NCBI RefSeq assembly: GCF_030684315.1
Contig: NC_081369.1
Coordinates: forward strand, 41,692,630 to 41,756,629
From: Stegostoma tigrinum
Lineage: Eukaryota
DNA: 64,000 nucleotides
Reading direction: 5' to 3'
Shown here: positions 27,210 to 38,339 of the stretch, piece by piece
Layout of the letters: the number at the start of each line of letters is the position of its first letter
How positions within the stretch are numbered: the first letter of the stretch is position 1
Notes under the pieces: generated by a model
Databases searched by the model: none
Told to the model about the DNA's origin: nothing
What the model saw: only the letters and a program-made list of their open reading frames with translations
Position numbers and translations under genes: made by a program

Positions 27210-28460
27210 TGGGAGTCAATGGCCTAGTGGTTATTATCATTAGACTATTAATCCAGAAATTCAGCTAATGTTCTGGGAACATGGCTTTGAATACTGCCAC
27301 AGCAGACGGTGGAATTTGAATTCAATAAAAACCAACCTCTAAGAATTTAATGATAACCATTGTTGATTGTCCTTCCGAGAAGAAAATCTGCCATCCTCAG
27401 CTGGTTGAGCCTACATTTGATTTCAGACCCACAGAAATGTGGTTGACTCTGAACTGCCCTGCGAATTGGCCTTGCAAACCACTCTGCTGTAACAATCACT
27501 ACGAAGGAAGAACCCACACGTCAGCAAAAAAGGCTAAAGCATTTGCAATGATCTTCAGCCAGAAGTGCTGAATGGATGGTTCACCTGGGCCCACTCCAAT
27601 GGTCCCCAGCATCACAGATCCAGACTAATGGACTGACTCCACATGATACTAAGAAAGAGGTACTGGATACTGCAAAGGCTAAAAAGGTCTGACAATATTC
27701 CGGCAATAGTATTGAAAACTTGTGCAACAGAACTTTTTGCACCCCTAACCAGGCTGTTCAGTACAACTACAACACTGACATCTACCCAGCAAATGTGGAA
27801 AATTACCCTGGTATGTCCTGTGCACTAAAAAGCAGCACAAACCCAACCCAGCCAATTACTGCCACATCAGTCTGCTTGCCGTCATCAGTGAAGTGATAGA
27901 AGGTGTCATCAACTGTGCTATTAAGCTGCACCTGCTTGGCATTAACTTGCTCACCTGACACCCAGTTTGGGTTCTGCCAGGGCCACTCAGCTCCTGACTG
28001 CATTACAGCTCTGGATCAAACATGATCATGAATTCCAGAGAAGAGTCAAGTGTGACAGCCTTTGACATCAAGGGCCCCATTTGACAGATAGTGGCATCAA
28101 GGAATCCTGCCAAAACTGGAAGCAATGGGAATCAGTCTCTCCACTGGTTGGAGTTATACCTGGTATATAGTGAGGTGTTTCTGTTTGTTGGAGGTCAGTC
28201 TCATTTCCAGGGCATCTATATAAGACATCCTCAGGGTAGTGGCCTAGGTCCAATCATCTTCGGCTACTTTGCCAATGACCTTTCCTCCATCAAAAAGTCA
28301 TAAGGGGATGTTCAGATCCATTCATGACTCCTCAGGTACTGAAGCAGTCCATAGCCAAATGCAGCAAGAGCCAGAAAATAGGGTTGAAAAAGCAGCAAGT
28401 AATATTAATGTCACACAAATATCAGGCAATGATTGTCTCTAACTGGAGACAATGTAATTA
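27210..28460 (+). mobile_element. LINE (CR1/L2 group) RT remnant preceded by a tRNA-like head
   Basis: A-box-like TGGCCTAGTGG at 27220-27230; RT remnants SAKKAKAFAMIFSQKC, DNIPAIVLKTCATEL, PQGSGLGPIIF. Confidence 0.65.
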
Positions 28461-28469
28461 TCACTCCTT

Positions 28470-29870
28470 AATGTGAGCAGGCAAAGATTTAGCATAATGT
28501 AGGAAAACATCCTGTGTAGAATGCCATGGAAAAAAAAAGACAGACCTGTGTATCTTTGTACATTAATCATAGGTGATCAGTGTACAGGTACAGCAGCTAA
28601 TCAAAATAACACACAGAATGTTGGTCTTTATTGCAAGGAGGATGGAGTATAAAAGTAAGGAAGTCTTGCTTCTATAATATAGGTCAACAGTGAGACTAAA
28701 CCCGGAGTACTGCGTGCGGCTTTGGGTCACCTTAAAGTGGGACATACTTGCATTGAAGACAATTCAGATAAGTGATGCTTGAAAATAAGTGTTTCTTATG
28801 AGGAAACTTGATAAGTGAGCTTATACTCACTGGAGTTCAATAAACACAAAGGTGATCTTAATAAAACACAAGATTCTGTGGGGACTTGACAGGATAGATG
28901 TTCAGGGGATACGAATACAACACTGTTTCGGTCTTAACTAACTTTTCTTTTCAATTCTGGATGCTGATAGAAAGAATGCATCAGCATTGCAAAGGGTGCA
29001 AAACAATTTATGGAAATGGTTCCACAGACAAGAGACGTCTGGGTTGCTCTTCATAGAGAGATGATTGAGAGGAAATTTAATAGAGGTGAACAAATTCATC
29101 AGTAGAAAAGTATTGGAATCGAGAAGGAAGTAATAGCAGAACATTTGAAAAATCATAACCTAATCAAGCAGAGTCATCATGGCTTCATGAAAGGGAATTT
29201 GAGTAATTTATGAGAAAGTCTCAAACAAAGAGGATAGTGTGAACCAGCAGCTGTGTTGTATGTCTGCTATTACTTATTTAATAATTGATTGCAGCACTTT
29301 TCCAACAATAGATCTTAGACTAATTGGCCAACAGTTGATCACTTTTTGCCTCCCTCCCTTTCTCAATATGGTGTCATATTAGCAGTTTTCCAATCCTCCT
29401 GAAATACTCTGGAATCAAAGGATTTTTGGAAAATTACAATGAAATGCATCCACTATCTCCAGAGCAACTTCTTTTTGGATCCTAGGATGCAGGCCAGCAT
29501 GGCCAGGGGTCTTGTCTGCCTTTAGTCCCATCAGTTTGTCTAATATTATTCTCTTGTGATGTTGAAAGCACTTAATTCAACAACCCTCCCCCTTATTAAG
29601 GATAAATGGGATGTTCTAAGTATCTTCCATCATGACTAATGCAAAATATCTGTTTAACTCCTCTGCCATTTTCTTGTTCCCCATGATTTATTTTCTCAAG
29701 GGCCTATTTAGTTTGACCTCTCTCTTCCTTTTTATATATTTAAAAGAAGCTCTTATCATTTTATATTCCTCACCAGTTTGCACTCAGTTTATTTCTCTCT
29801 CTTTATTATGTTTTTAGTCCTCAGTTGTTGGATCCTGAATTTGTCCCAGTGTTCATGGTTACCACCAATT
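28470..29870. mobile_element. Patchwork of short decayed CR1 fragments on both strands
   Basis: Recognisable pieces such as FIARRMEYKSKEVLL (+), QSHHGFMKG (+) and MAEELNRYF (-). Confidence 0.65.
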
Positions 29871-29899
29871 AGCAGTGAAGCACTTTGCAATGTCTTGAT

Positions 29900-31415
29900 A
29901 ACACTAAAGAGGTTATAAAACATAAACAGAAATTACACTCCCGGGACCTGATGAGGTGTACCCTAGAATTCTGTGGGAAGCTAGTGATGTGATTGCTGGG
30001 CCCATTGTTGAGATACTTGTATCATTGTTAGCTACAGGTGAGGTGCCAGAAGACTGGAGGATGGCTGGTGTGGTGCCACTATTTAAGAAAGATGGTAAGA
30101 AAAAAAACGGGGATCTATAGACCGGTAAGACTGACAATCAGTCGTCGGCAAGCTGTTGGAGGGAATCCAGAGGGACAGAATTTACATGTATTTGGAAATA
30201 AGTTTTTTTGAAGAAGTAACAAAGAGGATTGATGAGGGCAGAACAGTGGACATAATCTATATGAACTTCAGTAAAGCATTCGGCAGGGTTCCTCATGGTA
30301 GACCGGTTAGCAAGGTTAGATCACGTGAAATACAGGAAGACCTATCCATCTGGATACAGAACTGGCTCAAAGAAAAAAGACAGAGAGTGATGATGAAAGG
30401 TTGCTTTTGAGACTGGAGGCCTGCAACCAGCAGTGTGCCACAAAGGTTCAGTGCTGGGTCTACTACTTTTTGTCATTTATATGAATAATTTGGAATGTGA
30501 ACATAGGAGATACGGGTAGTAAGTTTGCAAATGACACCAAAATTGGAGGTGTAGTGGACAGCAAAGAAGGTTACATCAGAGTACAATGCAATCTTGATCA
30601 GATGGGACAATGGGCTGAGGAGTGGCAGGTGGAGTTTATTTTAGATAAATGTGATGGGCTGCTCAAAAGACATATCAGGTATAACTTATACACTTAATGG
30701 TAAGGTCTTGGGGTATGTTGCCGAACAAACGGACTTTGGAATGCAGGTTCTTAGTTCCTTGAAAGTGGAGTCGCACATAGATAGGATAGTGAAGAAGGCA
30801 TTGGTATGCTTGCCTTTATTAGTCAGTACATTGAGTATAGGAGTTAAGAGGTCATGTTGTGGCTGTACAGGATATTGTCGGCCACTTTTGGAATACTGTG
30901 TGCAATTCTGGTCCCCCTGCTGTAGGAAGAATATTGTGAAACCTGAAAGGGTTCAGAGAAGATCAACAAGGATATTGTCAGGTTTGGAGGGTTTGAGCTA
31001 TAAGGAGAGGCTGAATAGTGTGGGGCTATTTCCCCTGGAGTGTTGGAGGCTGAGGGATGACCTTAGAGCTTTATAAGATCATGAGGGACACGGACAGGGT
31101 AAACAGACAAGCTCTTTTCCCTCACAAACTACAGGGCATAGGTTTAAGGTGACAGGCAAAAGATTTAAAAAGGATCCTAAAGGGCAATTTTTCATGCAGA
31201 GGGTGGAGAATATATGGAATGCACCAGAGAAAGAGGAGGAGGCTGGTACAGTTAATGTTTAAAAGGCATCTGGATTGGTATATGAATAGGAATGGTTTAG
31301 AGGGATATGGGCCAAATGCTGGCAAATAGAACTAGATTTATCTAGGATATCTGGTTGACGTGGACAAGTTGGACCGAGGGTTCGGTTTCTGTGCGTAAAT
31401 CTTTATGACTCTATG
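29900..31415 (+). mobile_element. CR1 LINE, 5'-truncated RT
   Basis: ORFs 30156, 30497 and 30651 (YMNFSKAFGRVPH, SKFANDTKIGG, LEYCVQFWSP) with a (tctatga)n-type tail. Confidence 0.92.
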
Positions 31416-32423
31416 ATGTTTTTTAAAAAAGATGCATCAGGCTTGACAGACGGAACAGCCTATTCCTGTTCCCATTGCCATTATTTACTAAACCTGAATC
31501 AAAATTAGGAATAGGGATATGTTTTGTATATGGTTGCATTTGCTCAATTTTATCAGTGGGAAGAACATGAAATAAATGTGAAGTTTTAAAAAATTCCTCA
31601 TCTTTCCTAATTATTGTTAGTGGTATTATTATTCAAAACTTGGAAGTGATCTTTCCGCCATTCAAAACCAGCCAAAATCTCAACAGAGAGAGCCCGTGAG
31701 TGCAAAGCAGAGAGGGAGAGCTTTAGAGTGCGATTACTAGCAAAAGAGAAAGCAAGTGACATTGAGCAAGACAAAAAAGTACGTGAAAATGCATATGTAT
31801 GAATTCTTGACTATTTCCAGGCTACCTTGAAAGGAATACAAGTTCTGTTGGTCTTTTAGAAGTTAAATGATGGACAAGGATGCAGACAAGATGGAGATTT
31901 CTACATCAGGAGCTCCTATTTCTGACTCTTGAAGGGGTTTTTGAGTGGCTAGTACATTAACTTGAGGTCTAGACTCTTAATTAGGGTTAATTTTTTTTGA
32001 GGAAATATGCAGGTTGCCCCATTATTCGACAAATTCAAAGGCATCTATAGGGGCAGTGCAGGTTAACCCTATCCAATCACATTCCCCAAAGAAGCCAAAT
32101 TAAAGTATGACAAACAAAGTTGTAGAATGCGGTGGGTTAGCGGCGGGTTAGCGGCATTTGGAACCACTGGTTCACAAGTTAAGTAAGTAGCATTTGCAAA
32201 TCCTAGATATGCAGTTGGGATTTATCCTACGTACATTTTTGTGTTCCATATTTTTGCATGGTACATTCATGATCAGAACAAAAGGAGCTGGACAAATGAT
32301 ATAGTCTGCATTCACACGAATACTGTTGAAAGTTAAGACCTCTGCCTAAATCTGGCATCAATATTATTTATTCATCACAGTGGGAGAAAAATGCCTTTAA
32401 TACAGTACCCAAAGTCATCCTAC

Positions 32424-32692
32424 CTATGGATTAAAAGATCGGCTGATGTTGCTTCCTTGGTTCTGTAAAGTTACAAGGATGTCATCAATTTTTTCCATGT
32501 TCTCTTCTGTAGTGATGGTTGATGACAGTTGCCTTGTGTCAGTCATCTGCTGGGGGAGAAGTGTAGAAACAGCTTGTCCCTCAGTCTGTGCCTGTCCTGG
32601 CTGGCTCATCACAAGCAGTTGATCAGATAATGTTGTTGGTCCAGTAGGACATGGCTGGGATACATCTGTTATATTCATTAACTGTCCACAAT
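32424..32692 (-). CDS. NFAT5: NFAT5 last coding exon, including the stop codon
   Basis: Acceptor ttccacag|, phase 1. Translates DCGQLMNITDVSQPCPTGPTTLSDQLL...NMEKIDDILVTLQNQGSNISRSFNP*. The TAG is immediately followed by a GTAGGA donor. Confidence 0.95.
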
Positions 32693-34260
32693 CTGTGGAA
32701 ATAAGATTTTGTGTATATTTCTGTGATTATACATGGTTATGTTATATTCCTTATTTGAAGTTCAAGACATTTTTATTCTCCACACCCCTCCCCTGCCATC
32801 TTTTCCTGCCCCTCCTCTTATTAAGAAGCTGTTACATCTCTTTTTCCAGTTCCGATAAAAAGTTTGACTTGAAACATAAACTCTGTTTCCCTCACTCTGG
32901 ATGCTGCCTGAACTGTTGACTGTTTCCAGCATTTTCTATTTTCCATGTTGAAAATAAACAATGGATGCAGGTAGAATATTTCTCTGCACACAAGAAAAGA
33001 ATGCTAATTTGTCAGAATATGAATTGGCGTTTCAGAAACTGTTAACTGTCTATCTTATTTAGCTGAATACATGCAGGTGGGTCAGATAAACTGATTAGTC
33101 AGGGCATTACACTGGACAATATTGCAGGATTGACAGTCTCCATAATTCTTCCCCTACCAAAAAAATGCAATATATGGTCACATTCTTTTTGCTTAAGAAG
33201 AAAAGGGTCCAGTGTAGAAACACAGTTCATGCTACCAGAACATGCAAACATAAACCGAAAATTTCAAATTAGTTTCCTGTGTTATTCTGAACATTGTCTA
33301 CACTACTTAATAAATGTTGTCCATGACCAGAATTATGGACTAGTTCTAGTGTTTCATTACTAGTGTAGAGACAGCCTTAGTTCAGTAGCAACTAAAAGCA
33401 CCAGTCAATCCCTTCGACTGTCCACAATGGACAGAGTCCTGATTATGCTCAATTAGGTCATGCTTACAAAGCACAGAACAACACTTATGATATAAGATGT
33501 GATTCTCCTGTTCATGAGCATTTAATAAATAACCGTGTTGAAAATGACACAAAAACTAATTTAAGATTATCAGTTGCATTTTCCGTGAGATTCATTTACA
33601 CTGCTAGAAACTACATATATTCACACATGGATTCTTTACCTCACTGGGAAAAGGAATATCAACATATCTTACTCATGAGGAAAGGGATGTGGAAATTGCT
33701 GTTTCCACACTCTCCATGGCAATGCCATGGCTAATGAGAATCCACCTCCCTGGTCGGAATTTAAGCCTGCGTTTGCTGACACTGATGCATGCAAGCTATG
33801 TGCTGCCGTGAATCCCACACCTGCAGATTTCAGGGAATGCAGCTGAAGTTGGGTGCGAGATTTGGAAGACCCAGGAAGAGGGAGGGGTAGGGAGATATTG
33901 GGATCCAGGAGAGAACGGTGAGGTTGAGGTGTGACAACACCAACGGCCCAAGAGCTGGAGGAAAAACAGAAGACAGACATCTTTGGCTGCTGGGCTCCTC
34001 TTCCCTTCTCACTCCTTTCCCACCATCCCCATTCCGTGCGCAGCATCCCTCTCTGCATCAAATTGTGGATGTTTCCCGGTGCATGCGCAGTAATACAACT
34101 GCCTGTGATATCACATGTAAAGTGGATGTGATGATGTCCATGCTTAGAACTATGTGTTCCAAATGAGTATGCATGTGCAGTTACCCAGAGTTGGTGATGT
34201 CAAAAATCACTTCTGGAGTTAAATCAGCTATGACTGATAGTTAATATCTACATCACCACA

Positions 34261-34287
34261 CCAACCAACCAACCAACCAACCAACCA
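34261..34287 (+). repeat. (CCAA)n microsatellite
   Basis: About 6.5 tandem CCAA units. Confidence 0.9.
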
Positions 34288-34592
34288 GCATCTGCATCTA
34301 ATACTGTATAAACTGTTCCTCCCTTAATAGGTTTGGTTTCTTGCAACATAATCCTGGTGAATACAAGGTGAAAAGCTTTGCCTTCTTGTCTCATTTTAGT
34401 AAAGCTTGAACTTCCAAGAGTACTACAGGCAAGGGTCTAGATTGTTTGTAGATATTGCAGAGAATTGTGCAAGTTGTCAGGTGATGAGAAGCAAGTGTAA
34501 GACAAAACCAAAGGAACTTTCAAATCAAGATAATAAAATGTGAGGCTGGATGAACACAGCAGGCCAAGCAGCATCTCAGCAGCACAAAAGCT

Positions 34593-34620
34593 GACGTTTC
34601 GGGCCTAGACCCTTCATCAG
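34593..34620 (-). ncRNA. Minimal hammerhead ribozyme core (PLE), sense to the NFAT5 pre-mRNA
   Basis: Minus strand CTGATGAAGGGTCTAGGCCCGAAACGTC with intact core nucleotides. Confidence 0.65.
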
Positions 34621-35973
34621 AGAGGGGGATTGGGAGAGGGAACTGGAATAAATAGGGAGAGAGGGGGAGGCGGACCGAAGATGGAGAGTAAAGAAGATAG
34701 GTGGAGAGAGTATAGTTGGGGAGGTAGGGAGGGGATAGGTCAGTCCAGGGAAGACGGACAGGTCAAGGAGGTGGGATGAGGTTAGTAGGTAGATGGGGGT
34801 GCGGCTTGGGGTGGGAGGAAGGGATGGGTGAGAGGAAGAACCGGTTAGGGAGGCAGAGACAGGTTGGACTGGTTTTGGGATGCAGTGGGTGGGGGGGGAA
34901 GAGCTGGGCTGGTTGTGTGGTGCAGTGGGGGGAGGGGACAAACTGGGCTGGTTTAGGGATGCAGTAAGGGAAGGGGAGATTTTGAAACTGGTGAAGTCCA
35001 CATTGATACCATTAGGCTGCAGGGTTCCCAGGCGGAATATGAGTTGCTGTTCCTGCAACCTTCGGGTGGCATCATTGTGGCAGTGCAGGAGGCCCATGAT
35101 GGACATGTCATCTAGAGAATGGGAGGGGGAGTGGACTTTCCCCCCACAGTGATCGAGAACGCCCTTGACCGCGTCTCCCGTATTTCCCGCAACACATCCC
35201 TCACACCCCGCCCCCGCCACAACCGCCCTAAGAGGATCCCCCTCGTTCTCACACACCACCCTACCAACCTCCGGATACAACACATCATCCTCCGACACTT
35301 TCGCCATTTACAATCCGACCCCACCACCCAAGACATTTTTCCATCCCCATCCCTGTCTGCTTTCTGGAGAGACCACTCTCTCCGTGACTCCCTTGTTCGC
35401 TCCACACTGCCTCCAACCCCACCACACCTGGCACCTTCCCCTGCAACCGCAGGAAATGCTACACTTGCCCCCACACCTCTTCCCTCACCCCTATCCCAGG
35501 CCCCAAGATGACATTCCACATTAAGCAGAGGTTCACCTGCACATCTGCCAATTTGGTATACTGCATCCACTGTACCCGGTGTGGCTTCCTCTACATTGGG
35601 GAAACCAAGCGGAGGCTTGGAGACCGCTTTGCAGAACACCTCCGCTCAGTTCGCAACAAACAACTGCACCTCCCAGTCGCAAACCATTTCCACTGCACCA
35701 CACAACCAGCCCAGCTCTTCCCCCCCACCCACTGCATCCCAAAACCAACCTGTCTCTGCCTCCCTAACCGGTTCTTCCTCTCACCCTTCCCTTCCTCCCA
35801 CCCCAAGCCGCACCCCCATCTACCTCCTTGACCTGTCCGTCTTCCCTGGACTGACCTATCCCCTCCCTACCTCCCCACCTATACTCTCTCCACCTATCTT
35901 CTTTACTCTCCATCTTCGGTCCGCCTTCCCCTCTCTCCCTATTTATTCCAGTTCCCTCTCCCCATCCCCCTCT

Positions 35974-36001
35974 CTGATGAAGGGTCTAGGCCCGAAACGT
36001 C
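35974..36001 (+). ncRNA. Minimal hammerhead ribozyme core (PLE)
   Basis: CTGATGAAGGGTCTAGGCCCGAAACGTC, identical to the inverted copy at 34593-34620. Confidence 0.65.
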
Positions 36002-37794
36002 AGCTTTTGTGCTCCTGAGATGCTGCTTGGCCTGCTGTGTTCATCCAGCCTCACATTTTATTATCTTGGAATTCTCCAGCATCTGCAGTTCCCATTATCT
36101 CTGAACTTTGAAATCAATCTGTTCTCCCTATTTAAGAATAAAGTTATTATTTTGGATAAATTATTTTGACAAAATTGTCAAGGAAGAATTTACAGTAATC
36201 CAGTCTGTATTTAGCCTTTATTAAGAAAACATTTTAATTAATGCTCGAATCCTTTGCAAACTTTTCAAGTTTGAAGAGGTTACCAAACTAGTTGGATGAT
36301 TGCTTTCTTTCTCTACCAATAATTGAGACACTAAAACTGACTACACCTTTAATACAATTTGTTGGGTGACAAGGGATCATGGATAAATTTAACTTTTTCA
36401 CAGGTGTCAAAGCTATGTGAAAAACACACGCACCATTCTATATCCCTTATTGTAAATTTCAGTTTACCAGGCAGTCCTTTGCACTTTGACTTCAAGTCAA
36501 ATAGTAATAAATGATCTCAATTGAAATAACATGCCCTTACTAATGTTTGTGCACTATTCCATAGTCTATTTTATCCAATGATTACTCAACTGGTTGCTTT
36601 AGTAATTTTATGCACAGAATGGGAATTTTGACATTCATTTGGTATTGCATTTTGTAAATTTCTTTTCCTAGGAATATTACTTTATCTTGTGCAACCCCAT
36701 ACATTTATTTGTACAGTTTGTTAAACTTTGGAATACAAAGATGTGAAAATGAAACAAAACAGATCTTGTAAAAAAAAATGGACTGTTCACTTTAAAAATT
36801 CAACAGATGTTAAGGATTCTGTTTATTGAAAAAAAAATCACTGACCCAAAACATCAGTTTTATTCACCAATGATCAGTATTTCCCACTGTCATTCACAAA
36901 TGATCCATTCTTCGCAGACATAACCATAATTTTCACAATACTACTACTGGAAAAAAAAACTAAAAGTAGGAAAAAGAAAATCAATGAAATGCAGTACTGG
37001 TCAATCAGCCGAGTGATAAAATAGTTTTACCTCATATGTGAGCTTCTGTGGGATTTGTTCTCAGTCTAACTTGAGTTTTAATTGCAACTAAACAGTAAAT
37101 AAAATATGAAGTATGAGTTCCTGGCCCTGCACCCAAATCTGTAGATTGTAGGGACAATTAAGTTTGGAGCATATCAAATTATGTTTTTTCATTGTTTCAG
37201 ATTACACAGGAAATGCTTGTTTGAATAAATATGCAGCCAGGTCATCGCCTGTAATGTCAAAATAGAACTGATAATGAAGAAATTCTTACATCTTTTAAAG
37301 AGGATAGGGAAAATCAGAGGTTAGGTAGTATTTTGTACTTCTGTCCTCCCTTCACCCCCACCCTCTGACCCCGTGCAGGCCCTGAATCATGGAGCTTTGT
37401 AACTGAGGGCAATACATAAACTAGCATCTATCATTCAAGTCCCTCTTGGCCCTTTTAGTGAATGTTGTACAAGTGTGAATAACAGTGTAAAGTTAGGTAC
37501 TGATTTTTTCCAAGAGCAGGGGATTTAACTCTGCCTATATTGCACAATACCATCACAAAGTATTACAAGAACATAACATGACACATGATTTGAACCTTCA
37601 CTTCTCCACCTAACAACTTTTTTTTATTATTAGGGTAATATGGAATACAAAAAATATTTGTTTAGTGACCTCATCCATGTACTTGATGTGCAAATCCTTT
37701 GGTCCCCAACTGGCTACTACACTTCTTTTTCCTACTCTTAATTCATATAGCTAAGGGAATATTTTGGATTGCCTTTATGTCAAGAAGAAATATT

Positions 37795-38210
37795 GTATTT
37801 AAATAGCACTTTCTTCAACAACCAGACTCTCAAAGCACTTTATAGCTAGTGAAATATTTTTGAGGTGTGGCCACAGAACTGGTATAGAAAACATGGCAGT
37901 TAATTTGCACACAGCAAATTTTCTTATCAATATGACAGTCACCACATGGTTTGTTTTGTCACGTTGATTAATAGATAAAAATACTGGCCAGGGCACCAGG
38001 ATAACTCACCTGCTCTTTTTTTAAAAGAGTGCCATGGGAATTTCTTTACATCCATCCAAATAGGTAAACAGGACTTTAATGTGGGAGCTAAAAGATGGCA
38101 CTTCCAACAGCTTAGTACTCCTTAGTACTACAAAGGAGTGTCTGCTTTGATTTTTGTGCTCATGTCCTGGATTTGAATCCGGAAACTTGAGATTCACAGG
38201 TGAGGGTTCA
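37795..38210 (-). mobile_element. Deu-domain SINE (SacSINE1/AmnSINE-like)
   Basis: Minus strand ggatgtaaagaaattcccatggcactcttt..gagcaggtgagttatcctggtgccctggccagtattt resembles the Deu core; tail ..taaagtgctttgag. Confidence 0.7.
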
Positions 38211-38339
38211 CAAAATATTAGAATGCAATGAAATTAACAAGGATTTAGGACAAAAAAATACAATGTTTAAATTTTTAATTTGGTGGGCAAATATCAACTT
38301 TGTTGACAGAGTGAAATTTAATTCTTAGATTACACTTAC

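Larger units (their letters stand above)
34529..36102. mobile_element. Young Penelope-like element with inverted pseudo-LTRs, RT C-terminus and GIY-YIG
   Basis: ORFs 35119 (RIPLVLTHHP..LQSDP), 35508 (LVYCIHCTRCGFLYIGET) and minus-strand RRLQEQQLIFRLGTLQPNGIN. Near-identical inverted arms of about 400 bp. TSD gaacttt(c/g)aaatcaa at 34514-34528 and 36103-36117. Confidence 0.94.

Noticed and set aside
32134-32155. gggttagcggc x2, telomere-like
   Set aside because: A simple 11-bp duplication, not a TTAGGG array.
33687-33710. Iron-responsive element or full TonE site
   Set aside because: The loop is CAGCAA rather than CAGUGN and there is no bulged C; neither TGGAAA fits TGGAAANNYNY.
34576-35307. 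243-aa ORF as an intact protein
   Set aside because: It spans the inversion breakpoint; only the middle part is real GIY-YIG C-terminus.
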